From Candidatus Spechtbacteria bacterium (lineage in GTDB: Bacteria; Patescibacteriota; Minisyncoccia; Spechtbacterales; JACPHP01): a DNA stretch of 64,000 nucleotides. The translations under genes and the position numbers were made by a program. The first letter of the stretch is position 1; every line of letters starts with the position of its first letter. Shown piece by piece: positions 28,115-38,606 of the stretch. Where the stretch lies: contig JACPHP010000012.1 of assembly GCA_016188605.1 (NCBI GenBank), forward strand, positions 149 to 64,148. Reading direction: 5' to 3'. Below the pieces are notes generated by a model. It searched no databases. It was given only the letters and a program-made list of their open reading frames with translations, and was not told where the DNA came from.

Positions 28115-28199
28115 TTAGCACTTAAACTTAGTTTTGAGTATTCTGCGTCTTTCCGCGTGAAGTCCGCGTTGTTCTGCGAGTGCCGTTTAACGGCACTAT

Positions 28200-30893
28200 T
28201 CACTGCAATTCCACGCTTATGCTATCATCTTTCGCTTTAACAATCACAGTGCCTCCAGTCACTCCCCTTTTCATAATTTCTTTAGCGAGCGGGTCAAGAA
28301 TTACTTGCTGAATCAATCGTTTGAGAGGACGCGCCCCATAAGTTGGATCATACCCACGACTGGCAAGAACGCGCTTGGCGTGCTCATCAATACGAAGCGT
28401 CAAATCGCTACGGCCAAGTCGATCGCGCAAATGCTCAATTTGAATATCAACGATTTTCACCAACATCGCTGGTGTTAGTGGATGGAAAATAATAATCTCA
28501 TCCAGCCGATTCAAAAATTCCGGCTTAAAAAATGTGCGAAGCTCCTCAAGAATTTTTTCTCGCATCGCTTGTTCTTCCGAGGAAATCCCTCCGTTTTCTT
28601 TTTCGCTTGCCTCAAACGTAAAACCGAGCGGAGAAAACGAGCGTAAATATTCGCCTCCAATATTTGAGGTCATAATAATTATCGTATTTTTGAAACTCAC
28701 CACTCTTCCTTTAGTGTCGGTTAGGCGGCCATCATCCAAAATTTGCAACAGCATATTGAACACCTCGGGGTGCGCTTTCTCAATTTCATCAAAAAGCACC
28801 ACGCTGTATGGGCGACGGCGTATTTTTTCCGTTAATTGGCCTCCCTCCTCATACCCCACATATCCCGGAGGTGAGCCAACCATGCGCGATACGGTGTGAC
28901 GCTCCATGTATTCTGACATATCAAGCCGCACGATCGCGTTTTCATCGTCAAACATAAACTCCGCGAGGGCTCTGGCAAGTTCGGTTTTTCCAACACCTGT
29001 AGGGCCAAGAAACAAGAAAGATCCGATAGGACGATTCGGCTCGCTGACACCAGCGCGATTTCTGCGCACCGCGTTTGCGACAGCATCCACCGCTTCATCC
29101 TGCCCCACTACGCGTTTGCGCAAATTATCTTCCATCTGCAACATGCGCTCGCGCTCCTCCTGCAGCATGCGCGACACAGGCACGCCCGTCCAACGCGACA
29201 CAATGTACGCGATACTTTCATCATTCACCTCCTCGTTTAAAATGCCGCGATCTTTTTGCAAACGAATAAGTTCTTTTTCCGCGGATTTCATATTTTTTTC
29301 CTTTTGCGGAATTGCGCCGTAGCGAATTTCCGCGACTTTTTGCAAGTCGCCGACACGCTCGGCAATATCTGCCTGCTGGCGCGACTCATCTATTTCTTTC
29401 TTTAGAGCGCGTAGACGAGAGATTACATCCTTTTCATTTTTCCATTGCTGCTCCAGCGCGTGCATCTGTTCTTTCTGGTCCGCCAATAATTTTTTAGTAT
29501 CTTTTAATTGCGCTTTTGATTTTTTATCTTTTTCTTTTTTAAGCGCCTCAACTTCAATCTCCATGCGCATCACTTCGCGATGAAGCTTATCAAGCTCCTC
29601 CGGCTCTGACTCGATATTCAAACGCAGCGCGGATGCCGCCTCGTCAATGAGATCCACGGCTTTATCAGGCAAAAATCTTCCCTGCACATAGCGATGCGAA
29701 AGTTCCGCCGCCGCAACAATTGCGGAGTCGGCGATGCGCACGCCGTGATGCACTTCGTATTTTTCTTTAATACCGCGCAAAATTGCAATCGTGTCCTCCA
29801 CGGTCGGCTCATTTACCATCACTGGTTGAAAGCGCCGCTCAAATGCTGGGTCTTTTTCAATGTGCTGCTGATACTCGCGAAGTGTGGTTGCGCCGATCGC
29901 ATGCAGCTCCCCACGCGCAAGCGCTGGCTTTAACAAATTAGACGCATCGATCGCGCCCTCAGCAGCGCCCGCGCCTACCATTGTATGAAGCTCATCAATA
30001 AAAAGAATAAAACGGCCAGCGCTGCGCTCAACTTCGCGCATTACCGCCTTCATTCGCTCTTCAAATTCTCCGCGAAATTTAGTGCCTGCAATTAACGCGC
30101 CAATATCAAGCGCGACAATTTCTCTATCACGCAAACTTTCTGGCACGTCACCCGCGGCAATGCGCTGCGCCAGACCTTCCACGATTGCGGTTTTTCCCAC
30201 ACCAGCTTCACCTATTAACACCGGATTATTTTTTGTCCTGCGCGAAAGAACCTGCATAATGCGGCGGATTTCATCATCACGCCCAATCACAGGATCTAGT
30301 TTCTCTTCGCGCGCGAGCTTGGTGAGATTGCGTGTATATTTTTCAAGCGCTTGAAATTTGCTTTCCGGCTCCGGATCAGTAATGCGCATAGAGCCGCGCA
30401 ATTCCGCTAAAATTTTAAGCACCGTCTGGTAATCTGGCTTGTGCGCTTTCGCATTGCCTAAAACAGAACTTTGCAAAAAACTAACTTGCTGAATCATTTT
30501 TTGCGCCCTACTCGGCGTATCAACCATCGCAAGGAAAATATGCTCAACACTGACGAATTCATCGGAAAAATTTTTCGCTTCCTGCTGCGCGCGCATTAAT
30601 ATTTTCCCTAATTCCGGCGCAACTAACACCTGGCCAAATGGAGGCGCTCCCATAGGCGCGCCCGGACCGGCAGCAAAAATACGTGGCATTTTTTCAAGTT
30701 CCACCTCTATGCTGTGCGTTAAAGCAACGGTGTCAATACCCAGCCGATCCAAAATAGAATGAATAATACTCTCTTCTTGCATTAGCAAAGTAAAAAGCAC
30801 GTGCAAATCACCCACCTGCTGATGGCTTCTTTCTTGAGCAAACTCATGCGCTTTTTGCAAAGCAAGTTGCGCTTTTTGAGTAAAATTATTCAT
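28200..30893 (-). CDS. clpB: ATP-dependent chaperone ClpB.
   Basis: It has two AAA+ modules ([15 protein letters not shown] and [15 protein letters not shown]), a coiled-coil middle domain and a Clp N-terminal domain. Confidence 0.95.
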   Translation of the reverse strand: MNNFTQKAQLALQKAHEFAQERSHQQVGDLHVLFTLLMQEESIIHSILDRLGIDTVALTHSIEVELEKMPRIFAAGPGAPMGAPPFGQVLVAPELGKILMRAQQEAKNFSDEFVSVEHIFLAMVDTPSRAQKMIQQVSFLQSSVLGNAKAHKPDYQTVLKILAELRGSMRITDPEPESKFQALEKYTRNLTKLAREEKLDPVIGRDDEIRRIMQVLSRRTKNNPVLIGEAGVGKTAIVEGLAQRIAAGDVPESLRDREIVALDIGALIAGTKFRGEFEERMKAVMREVERSAGRFILFIDELHTMVGAGAAEGAIDASNLLKPALARGELHAIGATTLREYQQHIEKDPAFERRFQPVMVNEPTVEDTIAILRGIKEKYEVHHGVRIADSAIVAAAELSHRYVQGRFLPDKAVDLIDEAASALRLNIESEPEELDKLHREVMRMEIEVEALKKEKDKKSKAQLKDTKKLLADQKEQMHALEQQWKNEKDVISRLRALKKEIDESRQQADIAERVGDLQKVAEIRYGAIPQKEKNMKSAEKELIRLQKDRGILNEEVNDESIAYIVSRWTGVPVSRMLQEERERMLQMEDNLRKRVVGQDEAVDAVANAVRRNRAGVSEPNRPIGSFLFLGPTGVGKTELARALAEFMFDDENAIVRLDMSEYMERHTVSRMVGSPPGYVGYEEGGQLTEKIRRRPYSVVLFDEIEKAHPEVFNMLLQILDDGRLTDTKGRVVSFKNTIIIMTSNIGGEYLRSFSPLGFTFEASEKENGGISSEEQAMREKILEELRTFFKPEFLNRLDEIIIFHPLTPAMLVKIVDIQIEHLRDRLGRSDLTLRIDEHAKRVLASRGYDPTYGARPLKRLIQQVILDPLAKEIMKRGVTGGTVIVKAKDDSISVELQ

Positions 30894-31088
30894 CCCGTTA
30901 AGATAGGTTGCGTTTCCATGCGCGCATGAAAACGCAACCGTAGATATCGCGCGTAAAATTATTATTCAATACACACCTAGATTTCCCCCGCAGAGTTAAA
31001 AAAATATCTGCTGTCTCTGGCGGGATTCATCTCTTATATTATAAGCAATTAGTACTATCTTGGGTAATTTTAATAATATACTATGCAA

Positions 31089-31115
31089 TTAGCACTCAAA
31101 GGTCAAGAGTGCTAA
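31089..31115. promoter_or_regulatory. Perfect CIRCE operator (TTAGCACTC-N9-GAGTGCTAA; HrcA-type) embedded in a 55-bp perfect palindrome (31075-31129). It lies between the divergent clpB and CDC48-like AAA genes.
   Basis: The sequence is an exact consensus match. The extended palindrome adds TATACT -10-like hexamers on both strands. Confidence 0.75.
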
Positions 31116-31221
31116 TTGCATAGTATATTTAATCCGCTCATCTGATTGACAGTGTCTTTCTTTCTGATAAGCTAGCGGTAGAGTTTTTTAAAAATTATTT
31201 TAAGAAAGATGGGGGTGGAAA

Positions 31222-33033
31222 ATGCCTATAGAGATTTGCCCGCATTGCAAGAAAGAACTAGAGTTTAAGTATGGGAAAAACGTCCCTTGCAAAAATTGCA
31301 AGAGATTAGTCGATGTATTCGACGACGAACATCCGTTAGACAACGCACGCCAGCTAGACAGAAAATCGACCAGCAGCGGCTACAGCGCAACTTATCTTAA
31401 TGAAAATGTATCGCGACGAACTGAATTGCATGAGGGGCACGCTGGGAGCAGTATACCCTCAAATGGCGTTACTTACCGGCAGATCGGAGGGCTTGATGAG
31501 GTTATCGCCGAACTTGATCTCATTGTAAATGGGGCACAAAAATATCCCGAGCTCTGGCAGCGTCTGGGCAGAAAGAAAACGCGCGGCGTGTTGCTTTACG
31601 GGCCGCCCGGCTGCGGTAAAACGCTTATAGCGCAAGCCCTTGCGCACGAGGCTCGGAGGAAAGTATGTCTCATACAAGGATCGGAAATTAAAGGATGGCG
31701 ACAAGGGGCTGGGGAGGGCAATCTCACCAGCGCCTACGAATCAGTCAGACCCAATGGAATTTTGATTATTGATGAAATTGACGCTATTGGCGGCAAAAGA
31801 GACCACATGGTCAATGAAGTCAATGCGAGTATCGTGGGAACACTCTGCTCTATTCTTGATGGCGCAAAAAACAAAGACGACGTTATAATAGTCGCGACCA
31901 CCAATAAACTGCACATGCTTGATGATGCTCTGCGGCGTCCGGGAAGATTTGATGTCGAAATACAAATTTCTCCACCTAACGCGAAAGGACGCGTCGAAAT
32001 TTTCAGGATTCATACAAAAAATATGCCGCTTGCCGAAGGCGTTGATCTTGACGAAATAGCCAATAAAGCCCATGGATTTACTGGCGCTGATATCGCCCAC
32101 GTCTCTTCACGCATCAGCCAACGGCTTTTGAAAGAAGCTGTAACGCAACTTAAACAAGGCGTGAGCCCAACAGAAATCGCCAATAACCTTCTTGTCACTC
32201 AAACTGAATTGGAGGAAGTGACCGCCCAAATCACTCCTTCGCTACTGAGAGAAAATTATATGGAAATTGCCAAGGTAACTTGGGAAGACATCGGCGGACT
32301 AGAAAAATTAAAAGATGAACTCCGACATTGCGTTGTCTGGCCGACTCGTTATGCACGGGAGATGCAAACCCTTAAATTGCGCCAACCCAAGGGCATACTC
32401 CTTTACGGGCCGCCCGGCTGCGGTAAAACGCTTATAGCCCGCGCGATGGCTAGAGAAAGTGAAGTCAATTTTCTTGTAGTAAATGGCCCGGCGCTACTTT
32501 CCATGTGGGTGGGAAGCACCGAGGAAGCGATTCGCGATATTTTCGGAAAAGCGCGTCTCGCACAGCCGTGCATCATTTTTTTTGATGAAATTGAATCTAT
32601 CGCTCCGGTGCGAGGTCGAACGTCAGAAAATGACGTGCTTGACAGGGCCGTAGGCCAACTTCTTACTGAAATTGATGGAGTGCAAGCGGTGCAAAATGTT
32701 TTCGTGATGGCCGCAACTAATCGGCCAGACCTCGTTGACCCCGCACTTTTGCGGCCTGGCAGGCTCGACTTACAGTTTGAAGTGCCGCTGCCAGATTCTG
32801 CTGCACGAGAGAAAATTTTTAAAATCCACCTTGAAGGCACTCCTATGCTAGATATTGATTTCGCTGAACTTGCAATGATAACCGACGGCTTTAGCGGCGC
32901 ACAAATTGAATGGATGTGCGCCGTTGCCAAACAAGAAACGCTTGAACGGCACATTTTATCCGGATGCGAATTGATAGTTTTGCATGATGACTTGCTAAAC
33001 GCTTGCGCTCAAGTCGCGCAAAGAAAATATTAG
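31222..33033 (+). CDS. CDC48/VCP-like double-AAA ATPase with an N-terminal C4 zinc ribbon.
   Basis: The zinc ribbon is CPHCK...CKNCK. Two AAA modules each have GPPGCGKTL Walker A, DEID/DEIE Walker B and second-region-of-homology motifs. An identical 38-nt stretch lies at 31594-31631 and 32401-32438. Confidence 0.85.
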   Translation: MPIEICPHCKKELEFKYGKNVPCKNCKRLVDVFDDEHPLDNARQLDRKSTSSGYSATYLNENVSRRTELHEGHAGSSIPSNGVTYRQIGGLDEVIAELDLIVNGAQKYPELWQRLGRKKTRGVLLYGPPGCGKTLIAQALAHEARRKVCLIQGSEIKGWRQGAGEGNLTSAYESVRPNGILIIDEIDAIGGKRDHMVNEVNASIVGTLCSILDGAKNKDDVIIVATTNKLHMLDDALRRPGRFDVEIQISPPNAKGRVEIFRIHTKNMPLAEGVDLDEIANKAHGFTGADIAHVSSRISQRLLKEAVTQLKQGVSPTEIANNLLVTQTELEEVTAQITPSLLRENYMEIAKVTWEDIGGLEKLKDELRHCVVWPTRYAREMQTLKLRQPKGILLYGPPGCGKTLIARAMARESEVNFLVVNGPALLSMWVGSTEEAIRDIFGKARLAQPCIIFFDEIESIAPVRGRTSENDVLDRAVGQLLTEIDGVQAVQNVFVMAATNRPDLVDPALLRPGRLDLQFEVPLPDSAAREKIFKIHLEGTPMLDIDFAELAMITDGFSGAQIEWMCAVAKQETLERHILSGCELIVLHDDLLNACAQVAQRKY

Positions 33034-33040
33034 AAACGCA

Positions 33041-33072
33041 AAAATCCCACAACTAAGTTGTGGGATTTTCTT
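33041..33072 (+). terminator. Rho-independent terminator (AAAATCCCACAAC-TAA-GTTGTGGGATTTTC).
   Basis: Seen directly after the AAA ATPase stop. Confidence 0.75.
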
Positions 33073-33244
33073 ATACCATCCCCAATTAAACTATTTCAAC
33101 AAGGGCGAGCATCGTGGTATCTGCGTATCTGCCCACTGAAGCAGATACGCAAGCATCAGGACGGATAGCATACATAAATTTGACAAAATTAGAATATAAC
33201 CTATACTAAAACTTAGTAAATTTTATATGCTATAAGGAGGCAAA

Positions 33245-33556
33245 ATGAATCCCAGGGACGCCGCCGATTTAGACCAAAGAGAATTAATCGATTCCTACAA
33301 ATCTCTAGCAAAATGGACGGTGGGGATGGGTGTGTTATTTTTTTTCTTTGATTTAATTTGGCACAGCAAAAACCCCATAAATATCAACGAAGCTGGATTT
33401 GATGTTCTTTGGTTGGTAGTGTCTGGCGTTTTATTCAAAAAATTTAACTGGTTTCCGTTTCGCTATTTTACTTTTACGCAAATCATTTTGTGGGCAATTG
33501 CGACAATAACGATTAGAGGACTGCTGTTTAATTTTTTTGTACCCGGGGCGGCATAA
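33245..33556 (+). CDS. Small membrane protein (103 aa).
   Basis: Strong SD (AAGGAGG) 7 nt upstream; two TM helices. Confidence 0.5.
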   Translation: MNPRDAADLDQRELIDSYKSLAKWTVGMGVLFFFFDLIWHSKNPININEAGFDVLWLVVSGVLFKKFNWFPFRYFTFTQIILWAIATITIRGLLFNFFVPGAA

Positions 33557-33558
33557 CC

Positions 33559-33595
33559 AAAAAGCCATTCCACCTTAATGGAATGGCTTTTTACG
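33559..33595. terminator. Bidirectional terminator (AAAAGCCATTCCA-CCTTA-ATGGAATGGCTTTTT).
   Basis: Seen directly between the convergent genes. Confidence 0.75.
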
Positions 33596-33597
33596 TT

Positions 33598-34908
33598 TTA
33601 CGGCCGCTCTGCTAGGATTGCCTGCACTGTTTTTTCTTCGCCGCGATGAAGAATTTTTATTATGATTGTTTCGCCCACATTATGCTTGGCAATAAGGTCG
33701 GGAAGACTATTTTCTACGGTAATTTTTTTACCGCTAATTTCTAAAATAATGTCATTTTCAACGATTCCCGCCCTATCTGCCGGCGAGCCGGGCATGACGG
33801 CAAGTTCACCCGCCTGCTGGCCGCGCACAACGAGCGCGCCGTAATCAATAGAAAGATTATTTGCCTTTTGTATTGAGTCGTTAATAGTCATAGTGCGCAC
33901 ACCCAAAAATGGATAGCTTATTTTGCCCTTTTCCCGCACATCCCGAATGTCCTTCTTGGCTCTGTTGATGGGAATTGCAAAGCCAATATTTTGCGCGCCC
34001 TCAGCCATCGCGACGTTAACTCCGATCACCTCTCCCGCCAAGTTCAACAGCGGACCGCCGGAATTGCCCGGATTAATCGCCGCGTCAGTTTGAATTAATT
34101 CGCGCAAACGCTCTGATTCCACCCCCTTGCCATTTGCCGTCACGGAACGACGCAAGCCAGACACAACGCCAAGCGATGTCGTATTGTCAAACTCCCCGAG
34201 CGCGTTTCCAATTGCAATGACTGTCTGGCCCTGCGCCAATGCGTCGGAGTCCCCCAACTCAAGAGGCAAAAGGCTAATGCCTGTTACGCGCAAAAGCGCG
34301 AGATCTTCAAACGGATCGCGGGCTACAACCTTTGCTTCATGCTTTTCCCCGTCAGTAGTAACAACCGTATAATCTGCCTCATCGTCTGACACCACATGCT
34401 TATTAGTAAGCACCAGTCCGTCTTTCGATACAACAAAGCCAGTTCCCGCAGAAACTTGTTTTTGTGTTTTTTGCTGATTTTGAGGAGTTTGCGGCGTCAG
34501 TTGAGGGAAAAATTGCTGGAAAAAGGGATCATTAAAAAATGGTGAATAAACCACTGGCACGTCTTTTGTCGCCACCACACTCACCACGGAAGGAGATGCT
34601 TTTTTTACAACGGCTATAATTTTGTCTTCTTGAGAAGTTTGGGGCTGATATATGACCTGTGGGCCGTCCTGACTATTTTGGCCCTGCGTAATCATTTCCT
34701 GCTGCATAGGACGACGTTCAATCTCTCCGAAATATGTTTTTACAAATTGCGGCGGATAATAAAGCACGACAATTGCGCCGCCAAATCCCGCGGCAAAAGA
34801 AATTAGAATGATGACAAAAATTTTCCCAATGAAAAATGTTGGATGATGGCGATCTGCTTTGTAGGGAGAAAATGGAGAAAGCATGGTGATAAAATAATTA
34901 AAGTCCAA
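33598..34908 (-). CDS. htrA: HtrA/DegP-family serine protease with a C-terminal PDZ domain.
   Basis: The catalytic triad context is TNKHVV / DLALLRV / GNSGGPL. It has an N-terminal TM; the start is uncertain. Confidence 0.85.
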   Translation of the reverse strand: MDFNYFITMLSPFSPYKADRHHPTFFIGKIFVIILISFAAGFGGAIVVLYYPPQFVKTYFGEIERRPMQQEMITQGQNSQDGPQVIYQPQTSQEDKIIAVVKKASPSVVSVVATKDVPVVYSPFFNDPFFQQFFPQLTPQTPQNQQKTQKQVSAGTGFVVSKDGLVLTNKHVVSDDEADYTVVTTDGEKHEAKVVARDPFEDLALLRVTGISLLPLELGDSDALAQGQTVIAIGNALGEFDNTTSLGVVSGLRRSVTANGKGVESERLRELIQTDAAINPGNSGGPLLNLAGEVIGVNVAMAEGAQNIGFAIPINRAKKDIRDVREKGKISYPFLGVRTMTINDSIQKANNLSIDYGALVVRGQQAGELAVMPGSPADRAGIVENDIILEISGKKITVENSLPDLIAKHNVGETIIIKILHRGEEKTVQAILAERP

Positions 34909-35036
34909 ATTACAAATGACAAATCAAATCCAAAACTCAAATGTCAAAAGACTATAAGATAGAACACTATAATAGTTATTTTAATTTTTAAATTTTGACA
35001 TTGCTTTGACATTTGTAATTTGTAATTTGACATTTT
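34896..35036. repeat. Heptad-repeat palindromic element (arms built from CAAATGT/CAAATCA units and TTTGACA/TTTGTAA units) in the htrA upstream region.
   Basis: The left arm 34896-34950 and right arm 34991-35036 are inverted repeats. The TTGACATTT core resembles the element upstream of the sigma factor gene. Confidence 0.5.
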
Positions 35037-35054
35037 TATAACAAACAAAATATT

Positions 35055-36254
35055 TTATTTTACTATTCTACCTAATACAACAAGCGCATAGTCTATATCC
35101 TCCCGCGTCGTCTGCCTTCCAAATGAAAAACGAAGGGATTTCTTAGCGTCATCATCGGAGATTCCCATAGCATGAATTACATGTGACGGCTCCACTGCTT
35201 TTGCTGTGCAAGCCGATCCGGCTGAAACACACACTCCTTCTTGGTCAAAAACAATTAACGGGGAATCTGCAGCTATGCCGGCAAGGCGAATATTTACATT
35301 ATTTGGCAAGCGCTTATCGCGCGAACCTTGTAAAATAATTTTTCCCGCAAAACGCTTTTCCATTTCACTAATCATATAGTATCGTAACTCCGCCAGCCGA
35401 GCAACTTCCTCTTTTTGCACAAGCGCTACTTTCTTTATCGCTGCGGCAAAGCCCACTATAGCCGGAACGTTTTCCGTGCTGGCGCGACGACCATATTCTT
35501 GCCCGCCTCCGCTCATCAGCGACGTAAATGGCGCATCTTTCCGCGCATACAAAGCACCAACCCCTTTTGGCCCATAAATTTTGTGGCCAGATAAACTCAT
35601 GAAATCAACGCCGAGATTATCTACGTTGCAATCAAGATAATTTAGTGCTTGCACCGCATCGGTATGAAAATAGGGTATTTGATATCTTCCGCCAGCAGCG
35701 GAAGTGTTCGATATTTGGCGCTTCTTTCCTTTAAGGATTTTACCAATTTCTGCAATCGGTTCAATAGTGCCAACCTCGTTGTTAGCATACATAATGGAAA
35801 CCAATACCGTATTGTCTTTTACGGCATCCGCAACGGCATCTACCGATACTAACCCGTACGAATCAACGGGGATATATGTTACATCAACAACGCCTTCTTT
35901 CTCCAGCTCCTTCAACGGTTGCAGAATTGCCTTGTGTTCAATTGTCGAAGTAATAATGTGCGGCGTAAAATTTGGCAGATCATCGCGCATCGCTTTTACA
36001 ACGCCGCGAATGACAGTGTTATCAGCTTCTGTAGCGGAGCCGGTAAAAATAATTTCTCGCCATTGCGCGCCGACATGACGCGCCACTACTTCTCTCGCGA
36101 TATCTATCGCAATTTGCGCATGCTGCCCCAATGAATGCAAGGAAGATGGATTGCCAAATTCCCCACTAAAATACGGAATCATTGCTTTCTCCACGTCGGG
36201 ATCCATCGGCGTTGTCGCGGCGTAATCAAGATAAATTGTTCGTTTATTTTGCAT
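35055..36254 (-). CDS. Cysteine desulfurase (class V aminotransferase, NifS/IscS family).
   Basis: The PLP lysine lies in SGHKIYGPKG and the active Cys in SAGSACTA. Confidence 0.9.
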   Translation of the reverse strand: MQNKRTIYLDYAATTPMDPDVEKAMIPYFSGEFGNPSSLHSLGQHAQIAIDIAREVVARHVGAQWREIIFTGSATEADNTVIRGVVKAMRDDLPNFTPHIITSTIEHKAILQPLKELEKEGVVDVTYIPVDSYGLVSVDAVADAVKDNTVLVSIMYANNEVGTIEPIAEIGKILKGKKRQISNTSAAGGRYQIPYFHTDAVQALNYLDCNVDNLGVDFMSLSGHKIYGPKGVGALYARKDAPFTSLMSGGGQEYGRRASTENVPAIVGFAAAIKKVALVQKEEVARLAELRYYMISEMEKRFAGKIILQGSRDKRLPNNVNIRLAGIAADSPLIVFDQEGVCVSAGSACTAKAVEPSHVIHAMGISDDDAKKSLRFSFGRQTTREDIDYALVVLGRIVK

Positions 36255-36361
36255 ACTTTATGTGATCTTTTTAACACTTTTTTGGCAAGTTGGGAATAAC
36301 TGAGTTTAGCGAATAACTAGGGATGTCGGGTAGCCCTATAGTTAGTAGACTAAACAAATAC

Positions 36362-36402
36362 AAAAGCCCCTCATCCTGCAATTGCGGAATGAGGGGCTAA
36401 AA
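36362..36402. terminator. Terminator hairpin (AGCCCCTCAT ... ATGAGGGGCT) after the GC-rich gene.
   Basis: Seen directly. Confidence 0.6.
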
Positions 36403-36410
36403 GTGTTCGA

Positions 36411-36875
36411 TCATGCGGTCCCCTCTCTGTCTGCCATCCTCTGGCAGACGACCTCTGGCGAGGGCATACCCCTCTGCCAGAACTTGTCTTCGTGCCATAG
36501 GCTGACTACGGCACGAAGGAAACTCTCGCCATAGACCGTGCCGATGAATTCGGCAAGAGCCCAGGCGAGCTCTTGGAAGAGGAGCTGAATTCTTTCTCCA
36601 GCAACCTCTTTCCTGAAAGCCCGGGCGAGATCGGCTCGCCCAAGCCTCACGGCGATCCGCGGATTCGCCCCACCCCAGAAGTCGAGCGAAACCGCCGCCC
36701 AATCCACCGCCGCGTCCCTTAAAGACGAGGCGAATAGACCGATGACCCTGCGCTGTTCGCCGTCAGCGCCGTTAGACAGGATCTCCTCAGCGGCCGCAAT
36801 TGCCTCGGCCGCCTCCGTGCCGTCGAATATTGCTTCGACGGCACGGACGATTTCTTGCCCGTTCAACAATTCCAT
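36411..36875 (-). CDS. Hypothetical acidic Ala-rich protein encoded in a GC-rich (about 60-65%) island.
   Basis: The start MELLNGQ is preceded by AGGAGGA 8 nt upstream. Composition contrasts sharply with the roughly 42% GC flanks. No recognisable motif. Confidence 0.45.
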   Translation of the reverse strand: MELLNGQEIVRAVEAIFDGTEAAEAIAAAEEILSNGADGEQRRVIGLFASSLRDAAVDWAAVSLDFWGGANPRIAVRLGRADLARAFRKEVAGERIQLLFQELAWALAEFIGTVYGESFLRAVVSLWHEDKFWQRGMPSPEVVCQRMADREGTA

Positions 36876-37001
36876 CTTCTTCCTCCTTTTCCTTCCTCCT
36901 TCTTCCTCACGCACTCTATACGATACTTATTATATTACCACAAATTATAAAATTATGCAAGCACCTTTACATTAACCAATTTAATTACTATAATTTTCCT
37001 C

Positions 37002-38063
37002 ATGCGCATATATCACAACCAAACCATAGAAAGTATTACGGAGGGCCATCCAGATAAAATTTGCGATCAAATTTCCGATGCAATTTTGGATGCGTATTTA
37101 GCACAAGACCCCGCAAGCCGCGTCGCGATAGAAACATTCGGCGCGCATGGCACTCTCACTATCGGCGGAGAGATTACTTCTCAGGGCGAAGTTAACGCCG
37201 AGACAATTGCCCGATCGGTCTATAAGAAAATCGGCTACGATGACGAACTTGCAATTACCCAGCATGTCGTTCGCCAATCCCCCGACATCGCGCGCGGTGT
37301 TGATACCGGCGGCGCCGGCGATCAAGGCATTATGTACGGCTACGCTTGCGATGAAACGCCTGAATTTCTTCCACGCACCTATTCGCTCGTACGCCGTATC
37401 ACCGCGGAGCTTACGCGGCTTCGCAAGGAAGACCCCAGTATGTCGTGGCTTCGCCCAGACGGCAAAGCGCAAATTACTATGCTCGGCGACAAAATCCAAA
37501 CGATTGTTGTTTCTATGCATCACGCGAAAGAAATATCGCAAGAAGAAATCCGCGACGCGATAACCAAAAAAATTCTTAAACCCATACTCGGCTCGATTGA
37601 TGGCATAGACATTTTTATCAACCCGGCCGGACCTTTCACTATCGGCGGATTTGCGGCAGACACCGGTCTTACAGGCAGAAAAATTGCCGTTGATTCATAT
37701 GGCGGACTCGTGCCTATGGGCGGAGGATGCTTTTCCGGAAAAGATCCGACTAAAGTTGATCGCTCCGGCGCGTATATGGCACGATTTGTCGCAAAGAATC
37801 TTGTTGCAAGCGGCTTGACTAAAGAGTGCTTAGTTGGCGTAGCTTATGCGATAGGTAAAGCCGATCCGGTAATGCTTTTTGTAGAATCTTTTGACAACAA
37901 GGGGGAAGATCTTACGGAAATAACGCGAAAAAACTTCGATTTCAGACCTAATGCGATTATTGAACGCCTTCAGTTGCGCCAACCGATCTACCAAGCTACC
38001 GCGCGAAACGGACATTTCGGCGATACTAAATTCCCGTGGGAGAAAATTGTGTCTATCGCATAG
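37002..38063 (+). CDS. metK: S-adenosylmethionine synthetase.
   Basis: Contains GHPDKICDQISDAILDA, GAGDQGIMYGYA and GGGCFSGKDPTKVDRSGAY. Confidence 0.9.
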   Translation: MRIYHNQTIESITEGHPDKICDQISDAILDAYLAQDPASRVAIETFGAHGTLTIGGEITSQGEVNAETIARSVYKKIGYDDELAITQHVVRQSPDIARGVDTGGAGDQGIMYGYACDETPEFLPRTYSLVRRITAELTRLRKEDPSMSWLRPDGKAQITMLGDKIQTIVVSMHHAKEISQEEIRDAITKKILKPILGSIDGIDIFINPAGPFTIGGFAADTGLTGRKIAVDSYGGLVPMGGGCFSGKDPTKVDRSGAYMARFVAKNLVASGLTKECLVGVAYAIGKADPVMLFVESFDNKGEDLTEITRKNFDFRPNAIIERLQLRQPIYQATARNGHFGDTKFPWEKIVSIA

Positions 38064-38141
38064 CATTGAATAAAGAAAAAATCGCTGCGCGTTTGCGCAA
38101 CGATTTTTTTTTAAATGACGTAGCAAGATACAATAATAATC

Positions 38142-38465
38142 TTAAAATAGGTTCCTATACTCCACAGGTCTTCCTTCTGCTAGCGCTTGGTCAATTCCCT
38201 TTTTCATACCCTCAGAAATTCCATAATCGGTGTACACTACTGTTGCTTCCGCCAAGCTTCCCCACGCAAGCCCCGCTTCAATACCAATCTCCCGCTCGTC
38301 GGTGATTTTATCATCAAGCACTCCCGGTTGTGTATACAAAAGATGGCTAGCAAATGGCGCCTCTCCACGCATCAAACAATCATGAAGACATGCTCGCGCG
38401 TATCTTGTATTTCTCTCTATATCACCCGCGTATGGACTTTCAACAATTACTAGCCGCATCTGCAC
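38142..38465 (-). CDS. Hypothetical protein (107 aa).
   Basis: ORF only; no confident family. Confidence 0.35.
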   Translation of the reverse strand: MQMRLVIVESPYAGDIERNTRYARACLHDCLMRGEAPFASHLLYTQPGVLDDKITDEREIGIEAGLAWGSLAEATVVYTDYGISEGMKKGIDQALAEGRPVEYRNLF

Positions 38466-38606
38466 CTCTTTTTAGAAGGATCTGCATACAGATTAACACC
38501 CTGCGCATAACTTGCGCAATATCACTATGTACAACAAAGACGTAGTTGCTAAAATAATAGTGTTATCCTCTCGGGGTGTGAGAGGGACAAAAAGGGGGAG
38601 GTTACC

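Noticed and set aside
31146-31175. A TTGACA -35-like hexamer lies upstream of the AAA ATPase gene.
   Set aside because: No convincing -10 lies at 16-18 bp spacing. The promoter assignment is left open.
36397-36702. An alternative 101-aa minus-strand ORF overlaps the GC-rich gene.
   Set aside because: It is shorter, in a different frame, and lacks an RBS. The 36411..36875 frame has AGGAGGA correctly spaced from the ATG.
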